In this document: positions 39,446 through 49,052 of the stretch, piece by piece
How positions within the stretch are numbered: the first letter of the stretch is position 1
Layout of the letters: each line of letters starts with the position of its first letter
Made by a program: the position numbers and the translations under genes
Notes under the pieces: generated by a model
The model's database searches: none
The model's input: the letters and a program-made list of their open reading frames with translations, nothing else
What the model was told of the DNA's origin: nothing
Assembly: GCA_963835795.1 (NCBI GenBank)
Contig: CAWIHJ010000074.1
Span: 14,392-78,391, forward strand
Source of the DNA: an uncultured Gammaproteobacteria bacterium
GTDB taxonomy: Bacteria; Pseudomonadota; Gammaproteobacteria; GCA-001735895
Direction of reading: 5' to 3'
Length of the DNA: 64,000 nucleotides

Positions 39446-41317
39446 ATGCCCGAATCTACCCGGCTTTTGACCAGTTCGCGTTTTCGACCCTTCTTCGTCA
39501 CGCAGCTCCTGGGCGCCTTCAACGACAACCTTTACAAGAATGCGTTAACCATTTTCATCGCCTTCCAGGCGGTAGGCATAACCCAGCAGCAAAGCAATAC
39601 CCTGGTCAACATCGCCGCGGCGATGTTCATACTGCCCTTTTTCCTGTTTTCACCAATCGCCGGTCAGCTTGCCGACAAGCACGAAAAGGCCATGCTCATT
39701 CGCCGTATCAAACTGCTTGAGATCGTGGTCATGCTGCTGGGCGCTGCCGCCTTTTTACTGCAAAGCCCCATCTTGCTGGTTTCCATTTTGTTCCTGATGG
39801 GCACGCAATCCGCGCTGTTCGGGCCGGTCAAGTACAGCCTGCTACCCCAGGCGCTCAAACCGCAGGAGTTGATTGCCGGCAATGCGTTGGTCGAGTTTGG
39901 TACTTTTCTCGCGATCCTGGTTGGCATGATCGTGAGCGTCTACCTGATGTCCCTGGGCCTGGTGGCCATTGCCCTGGCCGTCATTCTCACCGCCGGCATC
40001 GGCTACTGGGCCAGCCGTGCGATTCCACCACTGCCAGCGGCCGTACCCGACCTGCGCATCAGCTTTAACCTCCCGCGCCAGACGCTCAGCATTATGCGTG
40101 ACGCGCGCGCCAATCGAACCGTGTTTTACGCGGTGATGGGCATCTCCTGGTTCTGGTTTATCGGCATTACCTACGTGACCCAGCTACCCAACTTTGTACG
40201 CTACGAGCTGGGTGGTAATGAACAGGTCTACGTGTTGTTGCTGGCGATGTTTTCGCTCGGCATCGGTGGCGGATCATTCCTCTGCGAACGCCTGTCGGGC
40301 GGCAAGGTCGAGATCGGACTGGTGCCGATCGGCGCGCTTGGATTGACCCTGTTTGGCATGGATCTGTTTTTCAGTCGGGAAATTACGGCCCTCGGCTGGC
40401 TTATCGGCCCAGGTGATTTTATCGTGCAGATCAATAGCCTGCGGGTCTGTTTCGACATGATTATGCTCGGCGTCAGCGGCGGCCTGTACATCGTACCGCT
40501 CTATGCCCTGGTGCAGCAGCGCAGCGAACCCAGCAAGCGGTCGCGCATCATCGCCGCCAACAATGTCATCAATGCGCTGTTTATGGTGGTGGCCTCGCTG
40601 TACGCGGGATTTGCGTTGTCTCACGGGGTGACCGTCCCCATGCTGTTTTTGATCATGTCGCTGATGAATGCCGCAGTCACCCTGTTTATCTTCATGCTGG
40701 TGCCGGAATTCATCATGCGCCTGCTGGTGTGGCTGTTACTGCATACGATTTATAGCGTTCGCCATAGCGGGCTCGACAAGATTCCAGACGAAGGCCCCGC
40801 GCTGCTGGTCTGCAACCACGTCAGCTTCGTCGACGCGCTGGTGCTGGCAGGTTGTATCCGCCGGCCGATTCGTTTCGTCATGTACTACCGCATTTTCCAG
40901 CTACCGCTGCTGTCGTTTATTTTCAGGACCGCCCAGGCGATTCCGATCGCGGCGGCCCATGAAGATGAGGAAATGATGAACCAGGCTTTTGCGCGCATCA
41001 GCGACGCACTCGCCGCGGGTGAACTGGTGTGCATCTACCCCGAGGGTAAAATAACCGAGGACGGTCAGATGAACGAGTTCAAGCCGGGAGTCATGCGTAT
41101 TCTCGAGCGCGATCCGGTGCCGGTCGTGCCGCTTGCGCTGCGCGGATTGTGGGGGAGTTTCTTCAGCCGCGCGCACGGCAAAGCGATGACGCGTTTTTTG
41201 CCGCGCGGATTGATGAACCGCATCGAACTGGTGGCCGGCGATGTGATGCGCGATCAGGATATTTCGCTGCAGGTATTGCAGCAGACAGTCGCCGGGCTGC
41301 GCGGGGATCAACTGTAA
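39446..41317 (+). CDS. lysophospholipid transporter (MFS, LplT-like) fused to 2-acylglycerophosphoethanolamine/lysophospholipid acyltransferase (PlsC/Aas-like)
   Basis: 12-TM MFS N-domain, then C-terminal NHVSFVDA (HX4D) acyltransferase motif. Start chosen at ATG (MPESTRLL); the track ORF uses TTG 39416. Confidence 0.75.
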   Translation: MPESTRLLTSSRFRPFFVTQLLGAFNDNLYKNALTIFIAFQAVGITQQQSNTLVNIAAAMFILPFFLFSPIAGQLADKHEKAMLIRRIKLLEIVVMLLGAAAFLLQSPILLVSILFLMGTQSALFGPVKYSLLPQALKPQELIAGNALVEFGTFLAILVGMIVSVYLMSLGLVAIALAVILTAGIGYWASRAIPPLPAAVPDLRISFNLPRQTLSIMRDARANRTVFYAVMGISWFWFIGITYVTQLPNFVRYELGGNEQVYVLLLAMFSLGIGGGSFLCERLSGGKVEIGLVPIGALGLTLFGMDLFFSREITALGWLIGPGDFIVQINSLRVCFDMIMLGVSGGLYIVPLYALVQQRSEPSKRSRIIAANNVINALFMVVASLYAGFALSHGVTVPMLFLIMSLMNAAVTLFIFMLVPEFIMRLLVWLLLHTIYSVRHSGLDKIPDEGPALLVCNHVSFVDALVLAGCIRRPIRFVMYYRIFQLPLLSFIFRTAQAIPIAAAHEDEEMMNQAFARISDALAAGELVCIYPEGKITEDGQMNEFKPGVMRILERDPVPVVPLALRGLWGSFFSRAHGKAMTRFLPRGLMNRIELVAGDVMRDQDISLQVLQQTVAGLRGDQL

Positions 41318-41324
41318 TCACGCG

Positions 41325-42215
41325 TCAGCCCATCATCAGTGCCGAGTTCTGACCGAGGATGCGGGTTAGAAACTGGCACACCGCATCGACGCGCGCGACG
41401 TGGCGCAAGTCTTCGTGAACCAGCAGCCAGTAAGTTCGCTCAACCGAGATTTGCCGCGGCAAGATCACCTTTAGCCCGGGCTCGCGCTGCGCCATGAAGC
41501 AGTGCACCAGGCCGAGCCCGATCCCCTGCAGAATGGCGTTGAACTGCGCGCTGACATTGGTGCTGCGAAACACCACGTGGGCATTTTTGATGGTGTTGTC
41601 GAAAAACCGCAGTTCCGGCATTTCGATCAAGTCTTCGATGTAGGAAACGAAATCGTGCTGCGCCAGGTCATCGACGCCGGTAATCGGCGCGTGGCGCGCC
41701 AGGTAATCCGCCGAGCCATAAAGCTGCAGGCGATAATCGCACAGTTTCCACGCGATCAAGCGCCCGCTGTCGGGCCGCGAAAAGCTGATCGCAATATCCG
41801 CTTCGCGTTTCGACAGGCTCATGCGCCGGGTTTCCGCCACCAGCTCGATTTCGATGTCCGGATGCTGCTCGGCAAACTCGCCAACGTGGCGCGCGATGAC
41901 CTGCGAACCCAGCGCCTCGGGCGTGGCAACCCTCACGGTACCGCTCAAGCGCGCATCCTTGCCGGCGATTTCCTGGTACACCCGGTTGGAGCGGGTTTCG
42001 ATCGCCTCGGCTAACGGCAACAGGCGTAACCCGGCATCGGTTAACTGGTAACCGTTCGGTGACTTGTCGAACAGGCGCACGTCGAGCTGCTTTTCCAGCG
42101 CGGCGATGCGGCGGCTGACCGTGGTGTGATCGACCTGCAGTCGCGCGGCGGCGCGTACCAGCTTGCCCTGGCGCGTCAATTCAAGGAAATACTTCAGGTC
42201 GTTCCAGTCATACAT
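41325..42215 (-). CDS. LysR-family transcriptional regulator (divergent from mmsA)
   Basis: N-terminal HTH MYDWNDLKYFLELTRQGKLVRAAARLQVDHTTVSRRI plus a LysR substrate-binding domain. Confidence 0.75.
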   Translation of the reverse strand: MYDWNDLKYFLELTRQGKLVRAAARLQVDHTTVSRRIAALEKQLDVRLFDKSPNGYQLTDAGLRLLPLAEAIETRSNRVYQEIAGKDARLSGTVRVATPEALGSQVIARHVGEFAEQHPDIEIELVAETRRMSLSKREADIAISFSRPDSGRLIAWKLCDYRLQLYGSADYLARHAPITGVDDLAQHDFVSYIEDLIEMPELRFFDNTIKNAHVVFRSTNVSAQFNAILQGIGLGLVHCFMAQREPGLKVILPRQISVERTYWLLVHEDLRHVARVDAVCQFLTRILGQNSALMMG

Positions 42216-42319
42216 GTGTAAAAATGCACATTGGATGTGAGTTTCCAACTATATCCTTGCAGAAATATCTTGTCTATACTGCGCGCCCTTGTCATTAATC
42301 AATCCCTGCAGGAGCCGTC

Positions 42320-43846
42320 ATGAGCCAGCCCGCCGAAGCCGTATCGAGTGAATTCACCCGTTTGCATCACTACATCAATGGCGCTCAGGTCGCAGGTCAC
42401 AGCGACCGTTTCGGCGACATCTTCAGCCCGACGCAGGGCGCCAAGATCAGCGAAGTACCGCTGGCATCGAAATCCGAAGTCGAGGCCGCCATCGCCGTCG
42501 CCGAGGAAGCCTTTCCTGCCTGGGCCGCGACTTCCGTATTACAGCGTTCGCGCATCATGGCGCGTTACGTGCAATTGCTCTACAAGCATCAACACGAACT
42601 GGCCACGCTGGTTTCCAGCGAACACGGCAAGGTAATCGAAGACGCCATGGGTTCAGTTTTGCGCGGTATCGAGGTCATCGAATTCGCCTGCGCCGCACCC
42701 CACGCGCAGAAAGGCGAGTTTTCCGACAACGTCGCGCGCGGCATCGACATCTACTCGATGCGCAAGCCGCTCGGCGTGGTCGCCGGCATCACCCCGTTCA
42801 ACTTCCCGGCAATGATTCCGCTGTGGATGGCGGGAATGGCCCTGGTCACCGGCAACACGGTGGTACTCAAGCCCTCCGAAAAAGATCCTTCTTGCCCGCT
42901 GCGCATGGCCGAACTGTTTATCGAAGCCGGCGGGCCCGCGGGCGTGTTCAACGTGGTCAACGGCGACAAGGAAGCCGTCGACACGCTGCTCAACGACACG
43001 CGCATCAAGGCGGTCAGTTTCGTCGGTTCCACCCCCATCGCAAAATACGTCTACGCCACCGCTACCGCCAATGGCAAGCGTTGCCAGGCCATGGGCGGCG
43101 CCAAGAATCACATGCTGATCCTGCCCGATGCCGATCTCGAAGACGTCGCCAACGCCTTGATGGGCGCCGCCTACGGTTCCGCCGGCGAGCGTTGCATGGC
43201 CATTTCGGTGGGTGTTTGCATCGGCGACGAAGTGGCTGACAAGCTGATCGAAATATTGAAGCCGCGCGTGGAAGCCTTGCGCATTGGCGCGAGCCTCGAT
43301 ACCGGCCTCGAAATGGGTCCACTGGTAACCCGCGAGCACCGCGAGAAAGTCATGAACTACATCCAGATGGCCGCAGACGAGGGTTCACGCCTGGTGGTCG
43401 ATGGTCGTGATTTCGTCTGCGACGGTCACGAAAATGGTTATTTTCTGGGTGGTTCGCTGATCGACAACGTCACCTCCGAGATGCAGTCCTACCAGGAAGA
43501 AATCTTCGGCCCGGTATTGCAGATCATGCGCGTCGGTTCATTCGAGGAAGGCGCGGCGCTGGCTACCGACCACCCTTATGGAAACGGCACTTCGATTTTC
43601 ACCAAGAATGGCGCCGCCGCGCGCAACTTTGCCGACAAGGTCGAGGTCGGTATGGTTGGTATCAACGTGCCGATTCCGGTGCCGATGGCATTCCACAGTT
43701 TTGGTGGCTGGAAAGACTCCGCCTTTGGCGATCACAATCAGTACGGTATGGAAGGCCTGCGTTTTTACACCAAGGTGAAAACGGTAACCTCGCGTTGGGT
43801 CGATAGCGGGCTCGATGCGGAATTCACCATGCCGGTACTAAAATAA
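42320..43846 (+). CDS. mmsA: CoA-acylating methylmalonate-semialdehyde dehydrogenase
   Basis: 508-aa aldehyde dehydrogenase with the MmsA-specific C-terminus (FHSFGGWKDSAFGDHNQYGMEG) and catalytic Cys context (GERCMA). Confidence 0.85.
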   Translation: MSQPAEAVSSEFTRLHHYINGAQVAGHSDRFGDIFSPTQGAKISEVPLASKSEVEAAIAVAEEAFPAWAATSVLQRSRIMARYVQLLYKHQHELATLVSSEHGKVIEDAMGSVLRGIEVIEFACAAPHAQKGEFSDNVARGIDIYSMRKPLGVVAGITPFNFPAMIPLWMAGMALVTGNTVVLKPSEKDPSCPLRMAELFIEAGGPAGVFNVVNGDKEAVDTLLNDTRIKAVSFVGSTPIAKYVYATATANGKRCQAMGGAKNHMLILPDADLEDVANALMGAAYGSAGERCMAISVGVCIGDEVADKLIEILKPRVEALRIGASLDTGLEMGPLVTREHREKVMNYIQMAADEGSRLVVDGRDFVCDGHENGYFLGGSLIDNVTSEMQSYQEEIFGPVLQIMRVGSFEEGAALATDHPYGNGTSIFTKNGAAARNFADKVEVGMVGINVPIPVPMAFHSFGGWKDSAFGDHNQYGMEGLRFYTKVKTVTSRWVDSGLDAEFTMPVLK

Positions 43847-43890
43847 CCGGCGAACCATCGTCGGCTTCTGGCCGCTACCTCGCAATACCG

Positions 43891-43922
43891 CCATCCCCAT
43901 TGATAATGGGGATGGTTTTTTT
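43891..43922 (+). terminator. rho-independent terminator (ccatcccca-ttgataa-tggggatgg + TTTTTTT)
   Basis: 9-bp stem plus T7 read in sequence, 45 nt after the mmsA stop. Confidence 0.6.
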
Positions 43923-43942
43923 GGGCGGTCTCAAACCAATAG

Positions 43943-44650
43943 CTAGTTATTGAAGCCGTAGTCGTAGCTTTGCGCGCCGCTGGAATTGAATACCTGCGCG
44001 TGGAAGGAAACGATGACGCGGTCTTCCTCGCCATTGTAGGGGAATGGCATGTGCTTGATGTGCGCCGGGAAAATACACAACTTGCCGTCTTCGGCAAACG
44101 AATCCCAGCTGTTGTCGTGCAGGTAGAGATTGCCGTAATCGCCAAAACCACCCGCCATATGCTCAAGGTGCGGGCCGTAAAAACGGGTTACGCCATTCGG
44201 TTGCTGGCCGGGACTGGATTGCAGCGAAGTCGCGCAGTCGGCGGAGCGCACGTAGTACACGCCTGACCAGGAACAGTTGCCGTGAACGTGCGCTTCGTGA
44301 AATGAGTGGCCGTTGGAAATCTGGAACCACAGGCCGGTGATGTTGACGCGCACTTTTTCATCGCTGCGCCACAGTCCGGCGTTTGCCTCGCGCGCCACTT
44401 CGACAATTCCCTGGCTGATGAACTCGGCGAGTTCATTCAACTCCTTGTGCAATGGATACTGGCTGAGCAGATCGTCCTTGCTGGCATAAGCCTGTTGCGG
44501 GCTGCGCTGTTCACGATCGCGATGCTGGTAAAACAGCTCCAGCAGCGCCGGGTTAACCTTCTGGTAATGCGCAAAACGCTTGGCCAGCATGGTTGTCGGC
44601 CACAGCTTGACAATATTCGGATTTCCACCCGCTTTCGCTTTTTTCGCCAT
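43943..44650 (-). CDS. conserved hypothetical protein, 2OG-Fe(II)-oxygenase-like (TIGR02466-type)
   Basis: 235 aa; His-rich HxD...H-like motifs (FHEAHVHGN). Assignment from memory, moderate. Confidence 0.45.
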   Translation of the reverse strand: MAKKAKAGGNPNIVKLWPTTMLAKRFAHYQKVNPALLELFYQHRDREQRSPQQAYASKDDLLSQYPLHKELNELAEFISQGIVEVAREANAGLWRSDEKVRVNITGLWFQISNGHSFHEAHVHGNCSWSGVYYVRSADCATSLQSSPGQQPNGVTRFYGPHLEHMAGGFGDYGNLYLHDNSWDSFAEDGKLCIFPAHIKHMPFPYNGEEDRVIVSFHAQVFNSSGAQSYDYGFNN

Positions 44651-44728
44651 GGTTGTTTCGCTGACTCTCCCGGGCCGGTTATTGTACGCTGTTGATTTAG
44701 ATTAGTGCGCCGCGCGAGGCGCAGGCGC

Positions 44729-45673
44729 TTAATTCTGCAAAGCGCGGCCGTAACGTTTGCACTTTTCGAAATAGATTTCGGTGCTCTTTGGCATCGGTAC
44801 ACGGGCACTGGCGACAAATCCGATCAGGCGCTGGCCTTCCTGGATCAGTGCGCGGCCGTAGGCGACGCGCATGCGCAGCATTTGATCGGCATTTTCCGGC
44901 ACATTAGGGCGGAAGCCGTCGAGCTTTTCGCCCAGCGCGACAAAATTCGGCCAGACCTGGAAAATGATCGGATCCTTCTTCATCGTCTCGGCGGCGTGAC
45001 GGGCGGCATCGGCATAGTCGATGATGAGCTGCTCGAGCCCGATAAACAGTTCACGATGGCAAAACTCTTCGATCATACAGGCGGCGATCTCGTCAATTTC
45101 GCGCATGCTCTGGGCGATCTTGATGAAACGTGACTGGTAAAAGTCGGCGATGGGCATGGTAAACGCCTTGAAGGGTTCACCCCAGACTTCGTCGATACCC
45201 TCGCAGCCGCTGTGATGCTTGACCTGTTGACCCAGCGCCAGCGCTTCCTGAAAACAGTTGCTGCACTGGCGCATCAACTCGTTGTCGCGGCTGATCTGGA
45301 CGCCTTTCTCGCCCAGTTCCACGATGCTGGTGAATAAATCGGTCGCGCGATTGAACAATGCGCCGGCCAACATCGCGGCATTGATGCGCTGGCGCTCAGG
45401 GTCGGTTTCATTGTCGTAGGCCAAGCGTGCCTGCTCGAGGCTTTTGCCCGGCGTATTGATGCCGGCTTCGGTGTGATGGAAGGCACGCCGGGTCAGGCTG
45501 TCGATCAGGCGTTTGCGATTTGACAGGGTATCGTCGAGCGGGGCGTAATAGCGTATCCAGTAGCCATCGTAGTAAATAAACTCGATGCCATCGGTAACAC
45601 GACATTCGCCATCGGCGGGTAAATAATTAATTTCGGGCGCGGATTCCATGGTCTCCGCCAGTATGTCAGCCAT
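44729..45673 (-). CDS. hypothetical protein
   Basis: About 314-aa ORF with uniform codon usage and no recognisable motif. Confidence 0.4.
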   Translation of the reverse strand: MADILAETMESAPEINYLPADGECRVTDGIEFIYYDGYWIRYYAPLDDTLSNRKRLIDSLTRRAFHHTEAGINTPGKSLEQARLAYDNETDPERQRINAAMLAGALFNRATDLFTSIVELGEKGVQISRDNELMRQCSNCFQEALALGQQVKHHSGCEGIDEVWGEPFKAFTMPIADFYQSRFIKIAQSMREIDEIAACMIEEFCHRELFIGLEQLIIDYADAARHAAETMKKDPIIFQVWPNFVALGEKLDGFRPNVPENADQMLRMRVAYGRALIQEGQRLIGFVASARVPMPKSTEIYFEKCKRYGRALQN

Positions 45674-45851
45674 TGTGAGCCAGATAATCAAAAATCAATG
45701 GGGTTACAATGTTATGAAATCTGCCGGGGTTAGCAATTAGTTTTTTTCATCCTCGCGGTGGACGCCCGGCCGATCTGGCTCATCCTGTGAGCCGCCGGCT
45801 GCCTATAATAGCCCATCCAGTCAATCGCCAACGCAGGATTGTTGTTGCACC

Positions 45852-48800
45852 ATGGCATTAACCATCTACCGTTCCAATCAAGTAGAAACGCTACAGTCCA
45901 GGCTCGCACAGCACATGGCCAGGAAGCCACTGGCCAACCCGTTTGCAGAGGAAACCGTGGTGGTTCCCACCTACGCGATGGCGCGCTGGCTCAATCTGAA
46001 CATCGCCCGCCAGCAGGGTGTTGCCGCCAACATCCGCTATCCACAACCGGCAGAATGGCTGTGGAGCCTTGCAACCCAACTGCTCGATGAGGTTCCGCAA
46101 CAGGACCCCTGTGTCGGTGATGCGCTCGCCTGGTCAATCTTCGACGCGCTGCCCGGCCTGCTCGATGATTCCGCCTTTGCGACATTACGCCACTATCTCG
46201 ACGACGACGATAACGGCATCAAGCGCTGGCAATTAAGCCGGCGCATCAGCGACTGCTTCGATCGCTATCAATCGTTTCGTCCGGATCTGATCCGCCGCTG
46301 GAGCAACGCTGAAGAAGACGGCTGGCAGGCGCAACTGTGGCGCCACGCGGTCAGCGCGCGCCAGTTACCACACCGTGTCGAATTGATGCAACGGCTGGAA
46401 TCCAGGCTGGCGCACGAAGTGCAACATGATCTATTGCCCGAGCGCGTCAGCCTGTTCGCGCTGTCGCGGCTCGCCCCGGCCTGGTTCAAGATCATTCACG
46501 CGCTGGCCGAACGCACCGAGGTATTGTTGTTCCAGCACAACCCTACCGACCAGTACTGGGCCGACCTCGTCAGCGAGAAAGACCAGGCGCGCAAGCGCTT
46601 GCAGGATCCCCGCCAGGGTGACTATTACGACAGTGGCAATCATCTGCTGACTTCCTGGGGTCGGCAAGGACAGGCTATGCAGGATCTATTGCTCAACATG
46701 GGTTCGGTCACCGCCGCCGAGATCGAAGACAATCAGCCTCCGCTAAGCCACAGCTTGCTACACCGCCTACAGTCCAGCCTGTTTCACCTCGAACAACCAG
46801 GTCTGCAGAGCCTGGCCGACGATTCGGTTTCGATTCGCCTGTGCCACAGCCCGCTACGCGAATGCCAGGTACTACACGACCACCTGTTGGCGCTTCTGGA
46901 TCGGCACGACGACCTGGTCAGCGAGGACATCCTGGTGATGGTGCCGGAAATCAGCCGCTACGCACCATATATTGAAGCGGTGTTTCAGGCAGATGCCAGC
47001 CATCATCGGCCCAGGATTGCGTGGAATATTTCCGACATCAGCGTCAGTAACGGCCATCCACTGGTCGGTGTTTTTCTGCAATTGCTGAACCTGCCCGATA
47101 GTCGTTTCACGCGCTCGGACATCCTCGCGCTACTGGAATGCAGCGAAGTTTGCACCGCCTTCGGACTCGACGCGGCTATGCTCGATGACATTCGTCGCCT
47201 GCTCGATGCAGCCCAGGTACGCTGGGGCATCGACGCCGGGCAACGCGGCGATCTCGGCCTGCCGAGGATTCACGAAAATACCTGGCAGCAGGCCTGGGAA
47301 CGGATTTTCGCCGGATACGCGATGCCGAGCGACACGCCCTGGCAGGACACCGTTCCCATCAGCGAGGTTGATGCTGACAGCGGGCTCGCCATCGCGCGCT
47401 TTCGCTACCTGTTTGAAAGGCTGGTTCACTGGCGACAACGTCTAAGTCAGCCTGCCGGCACCATCGCCTGGCAGCAGCGCCTGCATCAGCTGGTGGACGA
47501 GTTCCTGGCCCCCGGGTCGACGACCGATGATTTGCTGCAACCACTGCGTCACGCGATTGCCGAGCTCGGCCAAAGCGATTCACCGACGCTCGGCCCCAAA
47601 CTGATCCGTTACTGGATGGAGCGGCAACTGGCGACCAACCAGCAGCCCGGACGCCTCTACTCCGGCGGTGTCACTTTTTGTGGTATGCAACCGATGCGCA
47701 ACATTCCGTTCGCGGTCATCTGCGTACTCGGCATGCAGGACGACGCGTTCCCAAGGCGCGAACGCCCCGCCGAATTCGACCTGATGCGTGACAACTGGCG
47801 ACCGGGCGACCCGCATCGCGGCGACGAAGATCGCTACCTGATGCTGGAGACGCTGCTGTGTGCTCGCCGCTACCTGTATTTCAGTTACTGCGCGCGCAGC
47901 CTGAAGGACAACAGCGAGTGCCAGCCATCGGTGTTGTTGCGTGAACTGCTGGATTACATCGATCGCCATGTGAGCGAGACCGACCAGGCACCCGTCAGCC
48001 AACAGATTTCACAGTTGCACCCGATGCAACCCTTTTCGCCGCGTAACTTTCAAGGCACCGCACCGGGATACGACCGCCACTGGTACGAGACGGCCTGCCG
48101 CCTGGCGCAGCCTTTTGCCAATGCAGTCGTCGGTCAGTGGAATCGCCAGTCTTTGCCTTCCACTGCGGAACCCGGTGCGGTGATCGATCTCGATTCGCTG
48201 GTGCGTTTTTTCCAGCACCCATTGCGCTATTTTTACAACCACCGGTTGGGAATTCGCATTCCGCGCCAACGCAGCATCGAGAACGAAGAAGCCTTTGCCC
48301 TGCAAGGCTTGCAAAAATGGTCCATTGCCGAGCAGCTTGCGCAGCAATACCTGATCGGGGCGCCGCTCGAACGCCGCCACTTCTCGGCACGCGGCCTGTT
48401 GCCCCACGGTCGTGCGGCCGAAACCGAATGGTTCGCACTGTTGGCCGAGTATCACGATCTGCTCGATCGCCTGCAGCCATTTTGCGACATAACACCTGCA
48501 GCGAGATTCGTCGATTTCGAACTTGACGACGGCAGCCAGCTGTACGGCGAAGTTGCTGGGTGTTATGCCGGCCTCGGCCTGATGCACTTCAGCGCCAGCA
48601 AATCCATCAGGAGCCGCTCGCTGATCGCCCTGTGGCTGAACCATCTCGCGTTATGCGCGGCCGGTGAGTTCACGCCGACGGAAATCAGCCAGTTGTTCGC
48701 GCCATCAACCCGTGGCTGGCGCTTTGGCTGGCTCGATGCGCCGGCCGCCCGGCAACTGCTGGGCGGCTACCTCGACCTGTATCGCCAGGGCCAGCTATTT

Positions 48801-49052
48801 CCGTTGCCGGTTTTCCCGGAAACGAGTTTGGCTTTTGCCAGTGAAAGTGACCCGGAACAGGCGATGCGCAAGGCGTTGGCAGAGTGGAACGGTAGCGATT
48901 TCAACCATGGCCAGGGCGGTGAACGCTGCGACGACTTCATCCAGCTTGCGCTGCACAACAATACGACTGAAGTGCTCGGCGACGCATTGTTTCAGCGCTG
49001 CGCGCAGCAAATTTACGGGCCGCCTATGGAGCTTGGAGGTCAAATTGACTAG
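45852..49052 (+). CDS. recC: exodeoxyribonuclease V gamma subunit RecC
   Basis: 1066 aa; N-terminus MALTIYRSNQVETLQSRL typical of RecC. Immediately followed by recB and recD. Confidence 0.9.
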   Translation: MALTIYRSNQVETLQSRLAQHMARKPLANPFAEETVVVPTYAMARWLNLNIARQQGVAANIRYPQPAEWLWSLATQLLDEVPQQDPCVGDALAWSIFDALPGLLDDSAFATLRHYLDDDDNGIKRWQLSRRISDCFDRYQSFRPDLIRRWSNAEEDGWQAQLWRHAVSARQLPHRVELMQRLESRLAHEVQHDLLPERVSLFALSRLAPAWFKIIHALAERTEVLLFQHNPTDQYWADLVSEKDQARKRLQDPRQGDYYDSGNHLLTSWGRQGQAMQDLLLNMGSVTAAEIEDNQPPLSHSLLHRLQSSLFHLEQPGLQSLADDSVSIRLCHSPLRECQVLHDHLLALLDRHDDLVSEDILVMVPEISRYAPYIEAVFQADASHHRPRIAWNISDISVSNGHPLVGVFLQLLNLPDSRFTRSDILALLECSEVCTAFGLDAAMLDDIRRLLDAAQVRWGIDAGQRGDLGLPRIHENTWQQAWERIFAGYAMPSDTPWQDTVPISEVDADSGLAIARFRYLFERLVHWRQRLSQPAGTIAWQQRLHQLVDEFLAPGSTTDDLLQPLRHAIAELGQSDSPTLGPKLIRYWMERQLATNQQPGRLYSGGVTFCGMQPMRNIPFAVICVLGMQDDAFPRRERPAEFDLMRDNWRPGDPHRGDEDRYLMLETLLCARRYLYFSYCARSLKDNSECQPSVLLRELLDYIDRHVSETDQAPVSQQISQLHPMQPFSPRNFQGTAPGYDRHWYETACRLAQPFANAVVGQWNRQSLPSTAEPGAVIDLDSLVRFFQHPLRYFYNHRLGIRIPRQRSIENEEAFALQGLQKWSIAEQLAQQYLIGAPLERRHFSARGLLPHGRAAETEWFALLAEYHDLLDRLQPFCDITPAARFVDFELDDGSQLYGEVAGCYAGLGLMHFSASKSIRSRSLIALWLNHLALCAAGEFTPTEISQLFAPSTRGWRFGWLDAPAARQLLGGYLDLYRQGQLFPLPVFPETSLAFASESDPEQAMRKALAEWNGSDFNHGQGGERCDDFIQLALHNNTTEVLGDALFQRCAQQIYGPPMELGGQID

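Noticed and set aside
48664-49044. Upstream extension of the recB reading frame (track ORF 48664..52671, 1335 aa)
   Set aside because: The extension overlaps the recC coding frame. A TTG with GGAGG SD at 49045, abutting the recC stop, gives a RecB of canonical length.
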